Shown here: positions 38,501 to 51,731 of the stretch, in pieces
Layout of the letters: every line of letters begins with the position of its first letter
Position numbering within the stretch: position 1 is the stretch's first letter
Assembly (NCBI RefSeq): GCF_006345805.1
Contig: NC_042999.1
Location: forward strand, 6,696,001-6,760,000
Reading direction: 5' to 3'
DNA length: 64,000 nt
Source: Octopus sinensis
Taxonomy: Eukaryota
Notes under the pieces: generated by a model
The model's input: the letters and a program-made list of their open reading frames with translations, nothing else
What the model was told of the DNA's origin: nothing
Databases searched by the model: none
Translations under genes and position numbers: made by a program

Positions 38501-39158
38501 TGTTTATTGTAAACAGAAGTGTGGCATATCTGTTATTTCTTCAGCGTGAACTGTAGATTTGCACTCAACATATAACAAAACTAGACATTAGGAAAAAATT
38601 AGTGGACAAGATGTCGATATTTATAGAATTCTTCACAAAAATATGCGCCAAATAGCAGAAGCAACAACCATATCACAAGACAATTCTAAGATAAAGTCAG
38701 AGATAACACACAGCAGTTACAAGTCTAGATAAGCACCGAATGCTACCTTATGAATCTGAGGAATAAATTGCGATGATGCTGTCTCTACAGACACTAACAT
38801 TACATCGACCTGACGATGAAACTATGAAGGTCGAGAACCATTTATACGGGATTTAGGAACCTTGATTTCAAAATGCCAAGACCTCAGGCAACAATATTGT
38901 TAAAAAATTGATAAAAAAGACTAAATTGAAAAACGGTTGTGTTTTAAAGCAACAGCAACACACACACACACACACACACACACCACACACACACACACAC
39001 ACACATACACACACACACACACACATCCTGCATATCTTTCTCTTCTTCCTCCCTTTCACACTCATTCTCTCTCTTTCCCTATGTGTGTGTGTGTGTGTGT
39101 GTGGGTGGGGTGTCTTTGTGTGTGTACATGTCTGTTTGATGTGCGTGTGTTACATACC

Positions 39159-39941
39159 TATTTCTTTACTACCCATAAGGGGCTAAACACAGAAAGGACA
39201 AACAAGGGCAGACAAACGGATTAAGTCGATTATATCGACCCCAGTGCGCAACTGGTACTTATTTAATCGACCCCGACAGGATGAAAGGCAAAGTCGACCT
39301 CGGCAGAATTTGAACTCAGAACGTAGCGGCAGACGAAGTACCTATTTCTTTACTACCCATAAGGGGCTAAACACAGAGAGGACAAACAAGGACAGACAAA
39401 CGGATTAAGTCGATTATATCGACTCCAGTGCGTAACTGGTACTTATTTAATCGACCCTGAAAGAATGAAAGGCAAAGTCGACCTCGGCAGAATTTGAACT
39501 CAGAACGTAGCGGCAGACGAAGTACCTATTTCTTTACTACCCACAAGGAGCTAAACAGAGAGAGGACAAACAACGACAGACAAACGGATTAAGTCGATTA
39601 TATCGACTCCAGTGCGTAACTGGTACTTATTTAATCGACCCTGAAAGAATGAAAGGCAAAGTCGACCTCGGCAGAATTTGAACTCAGAACGTAGCGGCAG
39701 ACGAAGTACCTATTTCTTTACTACCCACAAGGAGCTAAACACAGAGAGGACAAACAAGGACAGACAAACGGATTAAGTCGATTATATCGACTCCAGTGCG
39801 TAACTGGTACTTATTTAATCGACCCCGAAAGGATGAAAGGCAAAGTCGACCTCGGCGGAATTTGAACTCAGAACGTAGCAGCAGACGAAGTACTGCTAAG
39901 CATTTCGCCGGCGCGCTAACGCTTCTGCCAGCTCCTCGCCT
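39159..39941 (-). mobile_element. SINE-A, head + four 184 bp units
   Basis: Unit boundaries 39159, 39343, 39527, 39711; perfect 19 bp TSD at 39140-39158 and 39942-39960. Confidence 0.95.
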
Positions 39942-40329
39942 TGTGCGTGTGTTACATACCACAATTTCTGCACAGTGTGAGGAATCCACTCATAGAGCAT
40001 CGGTGAAATAGAGGTGCCGTTGAGGGATCGAACACAGAACCACGAGGTCAGGAATCGAATTTTTGAATCCAAACAGCCGCACATCCATCATTTAACAGAA
40101 AGGAATCTCTATCAATGCAATTAGCAATTGGCTGGTTTTGGATTTTCTTCTCGATGCGCAAGTAATCCTTTTGTTGTGTTCAATCAAGTTAGCAACGTTG
40201 GTATTACTGAGAGAGTTAATATTTGTCAAAGCAGACGGAGAATCATGAGATTTGGATAATATGGATAAAGGAAACCTGCTGCTCGATGCAGTAAGCAGTC
40301 TCTTGGTGACACATATACCCAGCCACTAA

Positions 40330-40354
40330 TATATAATATAATATATATATATAT

Positions 40355-40408
<54 letters not shown>

Positions 40409-40454
40409 CATACATGCACACATACATATATATATATACACACCACACACACAC

Positions 40455-40509
<55 letters not shown>

Positions 40510-40640
40510 CACATGTATGCATGCACATATACATATGTATAAATACATATATACACATACATGTATATGTATGCATATATATATATATATATACATACTT
40601 GCATATATATATATTATATATATATATATATAATTTAATG
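40330..40640. repeat. TA/AC compound microsatellite
   Basis: Direct reading. Confidence 0.93.
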
Positions 40641-41019
40641 TACACAGTGTAAAGATATAGGCTATTAATAGTTTCTGGCTTTGAAGACACGGTTCAAGGC
40701 TGGTTTTTATAACACATCGTTTGTCACCAAGCAATCTTCGGGCTCAAGAGCCTAGACCCGTGTCTCAAACAAAAAATTTATTAGAAGTTCGTATCTTTAT
40801 ACTTGTGTACATTAAATGATATTTATCTCCCACTGAATGGAGTACCTTTTTGTTGATCTTACCTTAACGGAACAGTAAACTATGTGTGTACGTGTGTGTG
40901 TGTGTGTTGTGTGTGTGTGTGTGTGTGTGTGTGTCTGTGAGTCTGTGTGTGTATACACACACATATTCGGCCGGTTTAACTCACAATATACCAGTCAGTC
41001 GGGACTATAATAGTAGACT

Positions 41020-41322
41020 AGTTTGTTCCTTCTCGACCCATACCTGGCTCATAAGGGCCAGTTTCCCGGTTTCCTTGGTGTATAGGTTCTGCACCTGGAC
41101 GGGACGCTGTCCGTCTCAGGTAAGCTGCAAGATGCAGGAGGAAAGAGTCAGGGAAAGTTGTGGCGAAAGAGTCAGCAGAAGTTCTCCATTACCTTCTGCT
41201 GGAGCCGCATGGAGCTTAGGTGTTTCGCTCATAAACACACACATCACCCGGTCTGAGATTCGAACCCGCGATCCCTCGACTGCGAGTCTGCTTCTCTAAC
41301 CACTAGGCCATGTGCCTCCACA
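41020..41322 (-). mobile_element. SINE-C with tail T3
   Basis: TGGCCTAGTGGTTAG / GGGTTCGAATCT boxes; tail GTCCCGTCCAGGT..GAAACCGGGAAAC..GAGAAGGAAC. Confidence 0.82.
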
Positions 41323-41544
41323 ATAGGAGAATAGTTGAAAGCAATATTCAAGGTACTGTACTGCGGGAGTGAACTTGAAACCAAGTGTTCGGGAAGTGAG
41401 ATTCTTAGCCACACAGCCATATCTGCGCCCATTTTACTTTGAAGAAATTAAAATATTCAAACATTTTCTGAGAGACTTAAAGAAAGATCCTGGAGGGGGC
41501 GGCGCTAAACTTTGGTATCAAGAACTATACTAGCTCCCGAAGTG

Positions 41545-41900
41545 GGCGTCACTAAACCGTTCCAAAGTTCTCAGCTACCCCGTCTAGAGTGAGGACCATC
41601 ACTGCCATAGCCTGGGCTTCAATGATCCACAGCTATTTAATACTTCGCCAAAATACCCGAGAGATCTCCATGGAGTAGGGGTTGTTTTCAAGAAACAACT
41701 TGACCTACAGCTGTTCAAGGTCCCAGATGAACCTACATCACGGCATGAAACTCAAAAGAGGACAGCATTATCGATCTCTCTCCTTCACCAAAAGCCAATC
41801 ACAAAAGAATGGCCATTGAAAAGGTGATAATATGGGCTGAGCCCCAGCATGGCCGCAACCTTTGTACTGAAATGCATAAGAGAATAAAAGAACAAAGATA
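41545..41900 (+). mobile_element. Second, more decayed CR1/Jockey-like LINE 3' end
   Basis: HSLGF..QLFN..RDLHGV..FKKQLDL..KVPDEPTSRHE; tail CCCCAGCATGGCCGCAACC..CTGAAA. Confidence 0.75.
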
Positions 41901-42164
41901 GAAAGCTGTGTTATTCCACAGGTGTGAAATTTATACGGAAGTGAATCAAAGCATTTGAGAAGTGCTGAAATTCTCATATACGATAATTTTATCAATTCTT
42001 TATCAAGCTTTGAGCGCGGGTTCGAGATTTTTAGATTTGATTTCATTTTGATTGAGAAATAAAGAAATTCTATTGTTTTGGTTGTTTCTCAGTAGATCTT
42101 CGCGAAAGATGCAGGTATCGTATAGTTCTTGACAGTACATACTAATGAATGACAGATATTAACT

Positions 42165-42672
42165 GATATTCCGTCGGTTACGACGACGAGAGTTCCAGCT
42201 GATCCGATCAATGGAACAGCCTGCTCGTGAGTTTAACGTGCTGCAAGTGGCTGAGCATTCCACAGACCGCATACCTTTAATGTAGTTCTCAAAGAGATTT
42301 AGCGCGACACAGAATATGACAAAGCTGGCCCTTTAACATACTGGTATAACCCATTTTAAGGCGGCGAGCTGGCAGAAACGCTAGCACGTCGGGCGAAATG
42401 CGTAGCCGTATTTCGTCTGCCGTTACGTTCTGAGTTCAAATTCCGCCGAGGTCGACTTTGCCTTTCATCCTTTCGGGGTCGATAAATTAAGTACCAGTTA
42501 CGCACTGGAGTCTGTGTTTAGCCCCTTGTGGGTAGTAAAGAAATAGGTATAACCCATTTTTACCAGCTGAGTGGACTAGAGCAAGGTCAAATAATGTTCC
42601 ACTGAGAATGGAACTCATGACCGTTAGATCTTGTGCTGAATACTCTAACACCATTAAGCGACGTGCCTTCAC
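42165..42672 (-). mobile_element. SINE-C' with tail T1, interrupted by SINE-A
   Basis: T1 tail at left, degraded head at right. Confidence 0.75.
42358..42545 (+). mobile_element. SINE-A, one unit with internal deletion
   Basis: Perfect 15 bp TSD GGTATAACCCATTTT at 42343-42357 and 42546-42560. Confidence 0.9.
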
Positions 42673-43689
42673 GACATAGATGCTATGAGGATGATGACAG
42701 TGGATATTCTGGAAAGACGTAGATGTTATGTAACTGTTTTCTTTTTCGGAAGGCAATCGACTCTGTTTTATTTGGTGTTGTTGTTGTTGTTTAGTTTCCT
42801 GTCAGCCTTGATGGGAAAGAACGATGACAAACATGTTCCAGTCATTCCCCTGCTGTTAACTTTTCCAAATAGAAGAGATTAGGACCTTGTTATCTAACGT
42901 GTCATTCCATTTTCCAATACATTAGGGCATATGACAGGCATTTAGTTGCTCTCATTTCGTAGAATCTCGAGTGTCCCCGAACTTTACTGTATCTTTCATT
43001 AACATTGCGAGACATATTTAATGCCAAAGGGATGTTGGTTTATGGAGGTGCATGGCTTAGTGGTTAGGATGTTTGACTCATGGTCATAAGATTGAGGTTT
43101 CGATTCCTGGACTGGAGAATGCATTGTTTTCTTAAACAAAACGTCTAGCGAGGAATTTATACAGCAGAGAAACCAGAAAACTGGCTCTATACTTTTAACA
43201 GAGTAATGTGAACTAATCAACATAATGTTTTGGCATTCAATTACAAGAATTTCGTGTTGCACAGAACTTGTACATTCATTTCAAGACATAATTTTGGGTT
43301 CTTTGATCACTTTTTATTATCAGTATCTTCCGTCTTACACGGGATTTTAAGAATTTTCTTTCTACGTTTACTTTCTGTTTTTATTCTCCAACATTTTCCA
43401 AATGATGCTAAACTTTAATAACCTTAAGGTCTTGATTTCTTTACCTTATAATAATAACTATGGCAGTTATTGATTCCAACTCGCTGCTCCGATAAGACTG
43501 ACATTGGCAAAAAGTCTAGATTTTGGAGCTAAAATGCCCAAAGAAAATATAAGATCCTGATAACCAAAGAATTGCGACTTCGTTCTAATTGAGTTTTCAT
43601 TCGGTATTGGTGCAGTCGGTGTCACGTATGTTATCTTACTCATTCTGAATAAACTTCCGGTAGACTAGGTTTGGCAATTACAGTATAGA

Positions 43690-43707
43690 TTATATATAAT
43701 ATATTTA

Positions 43708-43749
<42 letters not shown>

Positions 43750-43757
43750 TGCATCTA

Positions 43758-43816
<59 letters not shown>

Positions 43817-44040
43817 CGTATATATATACACATTCGTATATATACGAATATATATATATATATATATACATATATATACATATATACATATGTACATATA
43901 CATATTTATACATATACGTATATATATACATATACATATATATACATGTATATATGTATACACGTATATATGTATATATATGTGTGTGTGGTGTGTGTGT
44001 GTGTGTGTGCGTGTATACACACGCACACACATGTATATGT
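43690..44040. repeat. TA/AC/TG compound microsatellite
   Basis: Direct reading. Confidence 0.93.
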
Positions 44041-44875
44041 TTATACACTGACAAATATTTATATGCAGGCTGATTCATTCTGCATAAGAGTAAATATTTA
44101 TCGTTGATTTAAGATAAAAAAAACACTATTTCTTACACCATATTGACGCAAAGTTATATATATATATATATATATATATGCGCGCGCGTACGTATGTATG
44201 TATGTGTATATATATTCAGGTGTACATGTATTCTTGAACAGATTAATTAAATTATATTCTTTGTTTCCGCGTGTTTATATGCCAGCATCTGTTTGTTTGG
44301 TTGTCTGTTTGTCTGTATTCGTTTCTTCTCTAGATTTTTTTTCAAGAAAATCTCATTAGTTATATTGCATCTGAGATTTTATCAAGTAAAAGACAGGTAT
44401 ACGATTCCAGTAAATATGGTTGGAATCAAATGGAATTTTCTATAATTAAGCAAATGCAATTAGTAATTGGTAATTAGTTATATGTGTGGTGTGCTCATTT
44501 GTTTTCAACATTTTCCGTTATCTTTCATGATGGTAGGTGAGAGTTTGGTATATGATGCCACGTAGAATGCACTTGCTTCTTTTGACAATCGCTGGTTTAC
44601 TGTCCGCTTTTTAGTGTGAGGAAGTGTGCAACTAATTAAACATATTCGTTTATATTTTTACCTGTGAGTAATTTTGTTATGTTAGAATATTTTGCAGAAA
44701 CATGATCGCAAAACTGATGAAATTTCCTAAAACTTTTTGAATCTGACAATATATCAAATTTAGTCCCGAGAATGTGGAGACAAGAATATGCTTATCCTAG
44801 AATGTCCTTATCCGCGTTCTAAAGGGGACACCTAAATATTTAATGCTTTCTTGTTGAAACGTTGTATCTTCCATT

Positions 44876-45162
44876 TATCATCATCTCCATCATCATCGTC
44901 GTCGTCGTCGTCATCATCATCATCATCATCGTCATCATAATCATCATCATCATCATCATCATAATCATAATCATCATCGTCATCATCATCATCATCGTCA
45001 TCATCGTCGTCATCGTCATCATCATCATCATCATTTTCATCATCATCATCATCATCGTCATCATCGTCATCATCATCATCATCATCATTTTCATCATCAT
45101 CATCATCATCATCGTCATCATCGTCATCATCATCATCGTCATCATCATCATCATCATCATTA
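44876..45162. repeat. (ATC)n microsatellite with GTC variants
   Basis: Direct reading. Confidence 0.95.
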
Positions 45163-45408
45163 TTGCCATTTTATTGTCTTTGCTCGGCATTCGATGCAAT
45201 ACCAAATAGGTTCATACATTCCATAATCCAAGAATGTGGGGATCATATCGTACGCCTTACGTTAATCGATCCATCACATGGCTAAGATAGTTCTCCTTCT
45301 CTTGCAGTCTCTAGTGGGTGGGGAACGATATATGGGAATCGAATGCACCCCACCGTGCAGAAGAAACCGCATCAGGGTACATAATACGTTTCAGTGTTAT
45401 GACATCTA

Positions 45409-45562
45409 CATTTCGCCATTGTGTGTGACAGGATGGTGTTGGTATGATGCGTGTGTTCATGGATTTATAAACTACTATAAACTACAACACAAATGGTTTT
45501 GTGAACTACCATAAACGCACGCATCATACCAACAACTTTCTGCCACAAACAGTAGCGAAATG
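45409..45562. mobile_element. 154 bp MITE with TA TSD
   Basis: About 55 bp imperfect TIRs CATTTCGC..GGTATGATGCGTG; TA at 45407-45408 and 45563-45564. Confidence 0.75.
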
Positions 45563-45569
45563 TACGTAT

Positions 45570-45952
45570 TCTTTTACTTGTTTCAGTCATTTGACTGCGG
45601 CCATGCTGGAGCACCGCCTTTAATCGAGCAACTCGACCCCGGGACTTATTCTTTTTGTAAGCCCAGTACTTATTCTATCGGTCTCTTTCTGCCGAACCGC
45701 TAAGTAACGGGGACATAAACAGTTGTCAAACGATGTTGGGGGGACAATCACAGACACACAAACACACACACATACACATATATATGCATATATACGGCAG
45801 GCTTCTTTCAGTTTCCGTCTACCAAATCCACTCACAAGGCATTGGTCGGCCCGGGGCTATAGCAGAAGACACTTGTCCAAGATGCCACGCAGTGGGACTG
45901 AACCCAGAACCATGTGGTTGGTAAGCAAGCTACTTACCACACAGCCACTCCT
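45570..45952 (-). mobile_element. SINE-B, full length
   Basis: Matches 17717-18153. Confidence 0.92.
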
Positions 45953-46179
45953 AAAACTGTAACGTATTATGTAACCTGATGAGGACTCTTCTGAACTGTG
46001 GAGTGCATTCGACTTCATTATATCGTTCCCCACCCAGCAGGGAGCAGTTCAGATGCTGTTATCACCGGCGTAGTGTTAACACTCGAAACCCTCAGTCCTT
46101 GAGTCACTTTATTACTTCTGCTAAATAATATGTATGCATAACCAGACACATATGGGTATATGAATGTATGAGTGTGATA

Positions 46180-46597
46180 TAAGGCGGAGAGCTGGCAGAA
46201 ACGTTAGCACGCCGGGCGAAGTGCGTAGCCGTATTTCGTCTGCCGTTACGTTCTGAGTTCAAATTCCGCCGAGGTCGACTTTGCCTTTCATCCTTTCAGG
46301 GTCGATAAATTAAGTACGAGTTACGCACTGGGGGTCGATGTAATCGACTTAATCCGTTTGTCTGTCGTTGTTTGTCCCCTCTGTGTTTAGCCCCTTGTGG
46401 TTAGTAAAGAAATAGGTATTACGTTTGCCGTTACGTTCTGAGATCAAATTCCGCTGAGGTCGATTTTGTCTTTCATCCTTTCGGGGTCGATAAATTAAGT
46501 ACCAGTAACGCACTGGGGTCGATGTGATCGACTTAATCCGTTTGTCTGTCCTTGTTTGTCCCCTCTGTGTTTAGCCCCTTGTGGGTAGTAAAGAAAT
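46180..46597 (+). mobile_element. SINE-A, head + two units
   Basis: TSD GAATG(T/C)ATGAGTGTGAT at 46162-46178 and 46599-46615. Confidence 0.92.
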
Positions 46598-48394
46598 GGA
46601 ATGCATGAGTGTGATTTTTGTGAAATGTGTGTTTGCAATTTTTATTGTAGAAAAGTAATGAATATAAGAGGGAATATAAAGTGCGATTTTAGTAGGAATT
46701 TAAAGCATTACTTCTATGGTTTTTCCTAACTGCTTCAATTCCTTAATTCAGAGCGAGATTTTCATTAAAGAAATCTTTTATTTTATAGGCGAAGTTCTTC
46801 TTAATGTCTGTTGATATGTGTAAAAATCCGTGATTTATTGTACTGTTAGTTATTCTAGGGAACGGCAGCGATGCAGTTCCATAAACTGCGTTGTTTTGCT
46901 GGTTGGGAAATGTTTTTCTTTTTCGTAAGAATGGTTTTGTGAAAGAATTACTAAAGACAAAGTTTTATATTGATCATTTATTAAGATGGAGAAAAATTAA
47001 TGAACATACATTTTCCAACACTCATTATTTTGTCATTTTATTCATAACACTTGTTTAAAATTTATCCAACATGCTTCCTCTTCCTTCTGCTTCTGTTGAA
47101 GCGAGGAAATAAATTATTCCGTGCATTGTGATTCTGTCACGTTTTAAGACATGTTATTGATTGGCAGCCTTAATGCATACAAATCATTACCGAGGAATAG
47201 AAATGCGTTGCTGCTATTTACAAGGTTTTAAAATCAAATAATTCGGCTTATTGTGAAGAAAAACACTTGTAGGTAATCTCTAAATTTCGTGACTTCTAAT
47301 AATTATTGTAAATACATAAATGCTCTCAGACGGGAACATCTGCATTTACGAAGACTATTTCACAAAACGTTATTACACTTCAATATTTCTTGGAAATAAA
47401 TACTTATTGAAAACAGCATTCCGCTCCATGTTCGATTAAGTATGAATTGGAAGCTGAGTGTGATTAGCATTTAAATACCGATTCGGTTGCGCATTCGTGG
47501 CCATTGTTTTTAATGCGGACGGGAAGGGAAGTGGATTAGGATTAGATAATTACTTAGGGAATGGAAAGATTTGCTGACTCGATCGATTTGAAAAACTGCT
47601 GGGTTACCAATTGAAAGGTTGTTGGTTCGTATCCCGTCACCGGAACTGCGACGAATCATTTGCAATGACATTTTATTCTGCGATCTCTCAACTGTAAGTA
47701 AGTGATAACGAGTGGTAGACCCCCTCCCTGATGTAAACAACAAAAAGATAATAAAACTGCAGTGTAGTCGTGCTGATTATGGGTTCACTTCTAGGTGAGG
47801 ACCATAACGGTATCCTTCGTGTATTGGCTCTGCTTTTACAGTTTATCGCCATCACCACAATACAAAACAAATACAAAAGCACAGTGAAATCTCAATGAAT
47901 GAAGCTGGAATAATCGCCAAGAGTTTAGGATGACTGAACAATGGCCAAAAAATTCCATTATTTTTCCACTTTTCTATCATTTCCAGACCACAATTAGAAA
48001 GTTACATTCTTTGACTCGGAAACGAAATTGTTAAATTTTCCTGTTTGTGATGAGTCGGCACCATCTTAACATTAAAATATATTTCAGAAGCGAGAACTCG
48101 TCCATTCTTTTTAATGTATCAGGCTTTTGCTGTGAATATCCTTGATGAATAGTGTCTGTAACCCAATTTCAACTTCCGGTTCTTGCAAATTCTCTTTACT
48201 TATGCTGACAATGCTATTTAGAAAAGATTACGGACGCCACACATTCGGTTTCCATTTCATTTACAAAGTAGAACCACTCCATTGATTTAAAAAGTTAAGA
48301 TCTGAAGTGAAATTCGAGTTAAACCTGTTCATGTTATTCATTCTATTAAACTTTAAATGTTCTTCGCATTAAAAAGTGTCATTCATGTAAAAGT

Positions 48395-48672
48395 ACTTGA
48401 TGGTCGTCTCTCTCAAGTCCGAGAAAGACGATTCCTCAATTTTTTGCTAAATAACCTGCACAGACGATTTGTTTACAGTGAGCAAATGCCTACACTGGGC
48501 ATTAACTCATTCCCTCCACCAAAACCACATCACCTGATCAGGTGCATGATGTGTCTCACGCCATCTGTCGAAGTGACCCTAAAACAACATGAGATAAAGT
48601 GTTTTGTCCTGAATTCGAAACTACCACCTCACAATCGTGAGTGAACACCATGACCGCTAGGCTATGTGCCAG
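48395..48672 (-). mobile_element. Degraded C'-type SINE with a further tail type
   Basis: TAGCCTAGCGGTCATGG / GTTTCGAATTC boxes and CAAAACACTTTAT domain; different 3' half. Confidence 0.5.
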
Positions 48673-48821
48673 CAAAAAGTTCACCAAAAACAATGTCTAT
48701 TTGTCAAACAAGCGAATACATTTTCTTTCATCCACGGAAATTTACAACAAATAAAATAGAGACGTTGTCTTCTTCTTCTTCTTCTTCTTCTTCTTCTTCT
48801 TCTTCTTCTCTTCTTCTTCCA

Positions 48822-49083
48822 ATCAGAACGTAGCGGCAGACGAAATACCTATTTCTTTACTACCCCCAAGGGGATAAAGACAGAGGGGACAAACAAGGAC
48901 AGACATAGGTATTAAGTCGATTACATTGACCCCTGTGCGTAACTGGTACTTAATTTATCGACCCCGAAAGGATGAAAGGCAAAGTCGACCTCAGCGGAAT
49001 TTGAACTCAGAACGTAGCAGCAGACGAAATACGGCTACGCATTTCGCCCGGCGTGCTAACGTTTCTGCCAGCTCGCCGCCTTT
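48822..49083 (-). mobile_element. SINE-A, head + unit + start of a second unit, next to (CTT)n
   Basis: Junction AAATACCTATTTC near 48848. Confidence 0.88.
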
Positions 49084-49865
49084 TAAATTGTATTTATATT
49101 GTTTAGCCTGCCACCACAACGTCTCTGTTTTATTTGCTGTAAATTTCCGTTGATGGAAGAAAGTGTATTCGCTTGTTTGACGAGGTTCTATTAATTTTGC
49201 GATCTAATCTGGACTCGGTAATCATCAATAGTTTTCTAAGTTAAAATGTGTGTTTGTATTTTAATTTTTCATTTTTACAAATGAAGTCAAAATTTTGGTG
49301 CGAGCAGAAATGATAAATTTATTATGTTCAATAACACGAAGTCGCACCAAACCTGGAATCCGAAACCGAACGAAAGATATCTTCGCATAATGGTTACCAA
49401 TCTATCAAACACGAAAGATACGATTAAACAGTAAATAACTGGGATATAGTTGACGGTTGTGGATGTCTCCATCATAATCGCTACATTCTCCATCATCTTA
49501 AATCGCTTCCAGAAAAGATAGCTAAATCTGTGCTGCTCACTAAATCTCAGCTACCCGTTGGCTGAAACGATCGTCTGCATTATTGCAATCATTGATAGAA
49601 CGCTACCATAGACTGGATTGGCCGTCATAGCTCTGTATTATCAGCATCAAGATTTTCACTTGTTCCCCCCCACCGGCCTCCCTGGCTAGATTTCGAATGT
49701 TTTCTCCCATTCGTAAATAATCGATTAAATAAATATCAGTGATGCTGGAATCGTATCATTTTCCTGGCAAATCAAGAAATGCTTATGTTACGTAATCTAC
49801 TGGAAATTGGTTGGTAAAACTTGGTTTCAAAATAATTTGGAGGCAAAACAATATTGGCAGATATT

Positions 49866-49980
49866 TCAACATCATCGTCATCGCCATCATCACCACCGCC
49901 ATCATCATCATCATCCTCCTCCTCCTCATCATCATCATCATCATCGTCGTCGTCGTCGTCATCATCATCATCATCATTAC
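49866..49980. repeat. (ATC/CTC/GTC)n microsatellite
   Basis: Direct reading. Confidence 0.93.
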
Positions 49981-50537
49981 TCACCTCACTCATCAATCAT
50001 GATCGTGAAATCACAACCAGTGCAACAATACCAATAAATTGAAAAGAAAAAAGAAAAAAGAAGAGAAAAGAGAATACGAGTGTAATATTATTATGAGAAG
50101 AAATTAATATTTGCCTCTCACTGTTCTACGAAAATGGAATATTTTAGAGAAAAATAACCATCAAGCGAAGGATTACAAAAAAATATCAGTTTCCAAGACA
50201 AACATGGAAATATTTCAAACGTTATCGAAGTTTTTTTTTTTTGAGTCATCTTCAATATAAAATATTGAAATCATTCTTCAACTAATGGGATTTAAATGTA
50301 TTCAATTACAGTTTTCTGGTTAATTAAATTTATTAAAACAGAAGGAATACAATACTGGGAAGAAAAAGTTTGTTTAAAGTTATGTGATGAAAACAAGTGA
50401 TGTTGGTCCTCTTCTATCAAGTCCAGTTATTCTCAACCATTTTTTAAACCTGTGGACCCTATTAATTCTATTTTATTTAGATGGATCTGCTTAACCAATT
50501 CATGTTTAAAAAATTGTATTATACTTTTATAACTAAA

Positions 50538-50901
50538 ATAGCACTATGACCCAGCAACGCCGGGTCATAGTGATAGTGCATGCATATACAGCTGCGTGCG
50601 TGCGCACATACACGCGAGTACTGTCCAAATCTCCGACCAATCACATACAGCTAGCTGGCATTCAATTGGCGTATCAAGTTTAGGGCATTTTGATTGGGTT
50701 TTGGATAGAAAATTCACAAAATAGTCACTTCTATTGATTTTTTAATGGCTTTGCAGGGTAACTGGGGAAATGTAAAGATGTGCACGACCATCCTTGGACG
50801 GTTTTGAATGACCATAGAAATTGCGAGCCCTCTAACTGAAAAATTGTGGATTTGTATAAAGGACACACACACAGACATTTTGCCGTTTATATATATAGAG
50901 A
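50538..50901 (-). mobile_element. Non-autonomous Helitron, second family
   Basis: 5' TCTCTATATATATAAA on the minus strand; long terminal hairpin CACTATGACCC..GGGTCATAGTG. Confidence 0.8.
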
Positions 50902-50929
50902 TAACTAAATATTATCAAGAAATGTATTC

Positions 50930-51097
50930 TTTTATTCTTTTGCTTGTTTCAGTCATGTGATTACGGCCATGCTGGAGCACCACCTTTTAGTCGAACGAAA
51001 GAATTATACTTTTTTTTAAACGCCCAGTACTTATTCTATCGGTCTCTTTGCCGAACCGCTAAGTTACGGGATCATAAGCAGACTAACACAGACACAA

Positions 51098-51130
<33 letters not shown>

Positions 51131-51308
51131 TAACTATACGTATATATACGACAGGCTTCTTTCAGTTTCCGTCTACCAACTTCAGTCACAAAGCTTTGGT
51201 CGACCCGAGGCTATAGTAGAAGATACTTACCGAAGGTGCCACGCAGTGGGACTGAACCCAGAACCATGTGGTTGGGAAGCAAGCTTCTTACCACACAGCT
51301 ACGCCTGC
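50930..51308 (-). mobile_element. SINE-B
   Basis: Head, internal (AC)n, tail. Confidence 0.9.
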
Positions 51309-51694
51309 ATCTATGTATAAAAAAGTGTTAAAATATTTTGTGGATTGTAGAAATATGACCAATTTATTGTACGTAAATTTTAACATAATCTTATACGGAC
51401 TCCTAAGAGTTATATCGACCCCGACTGAGAACCACTGATCTAGGCCAACATGATATCAAGAAATACCAAGTTTTCATAAAAGTTGAAAGAAGATGGAAAC
51501 ATTTTTTGGTATTTCTAAAAGACAGACACCTTTGTCTATCATAAATTAGATGTTGGTGCCAAAGAGGAAGTTGCTGTATCTGTTAATGAAACTGCTGCAT
51601 CGACGAGAGGAAAGCAGGGACAGAGTCGGAAGAATTCCGATCGGTTACATATTGTCTTAGAAATTACAATGATAACCAGAATCTCTGTTGTCAC

Positions 51695-51731
<37 letters not shown>

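Larger units (their letters stand above)
50424..51437 (-). mobile_element. hAT-type MITE (family of 2240-2555) carrying two nested insertions
   Basis: TIRs CAGTTATTCTCAACC / GACTGAGAACCACTG; TSD ATCAAGTC/ATCTAGGC; interior matches the reverse complement of 2240-2555. Confidence 0.78.

Noticed and set aside
38805-38850. CTGACGA/CTGATGA hammerhead-like starts here and at about 45976 and 62870
   Set aside because: The matching GAAA, stem III and cleavage triplet could not be assembled.
47480-47745. Candidate first exon (plus) or RRSSGDG-containing ORF (minus)
   Set aside because: Contains a tRNA T-arm-like GGTTCGTATCCC followed by a decayed CORE-like segment; better explained as an old SINE.
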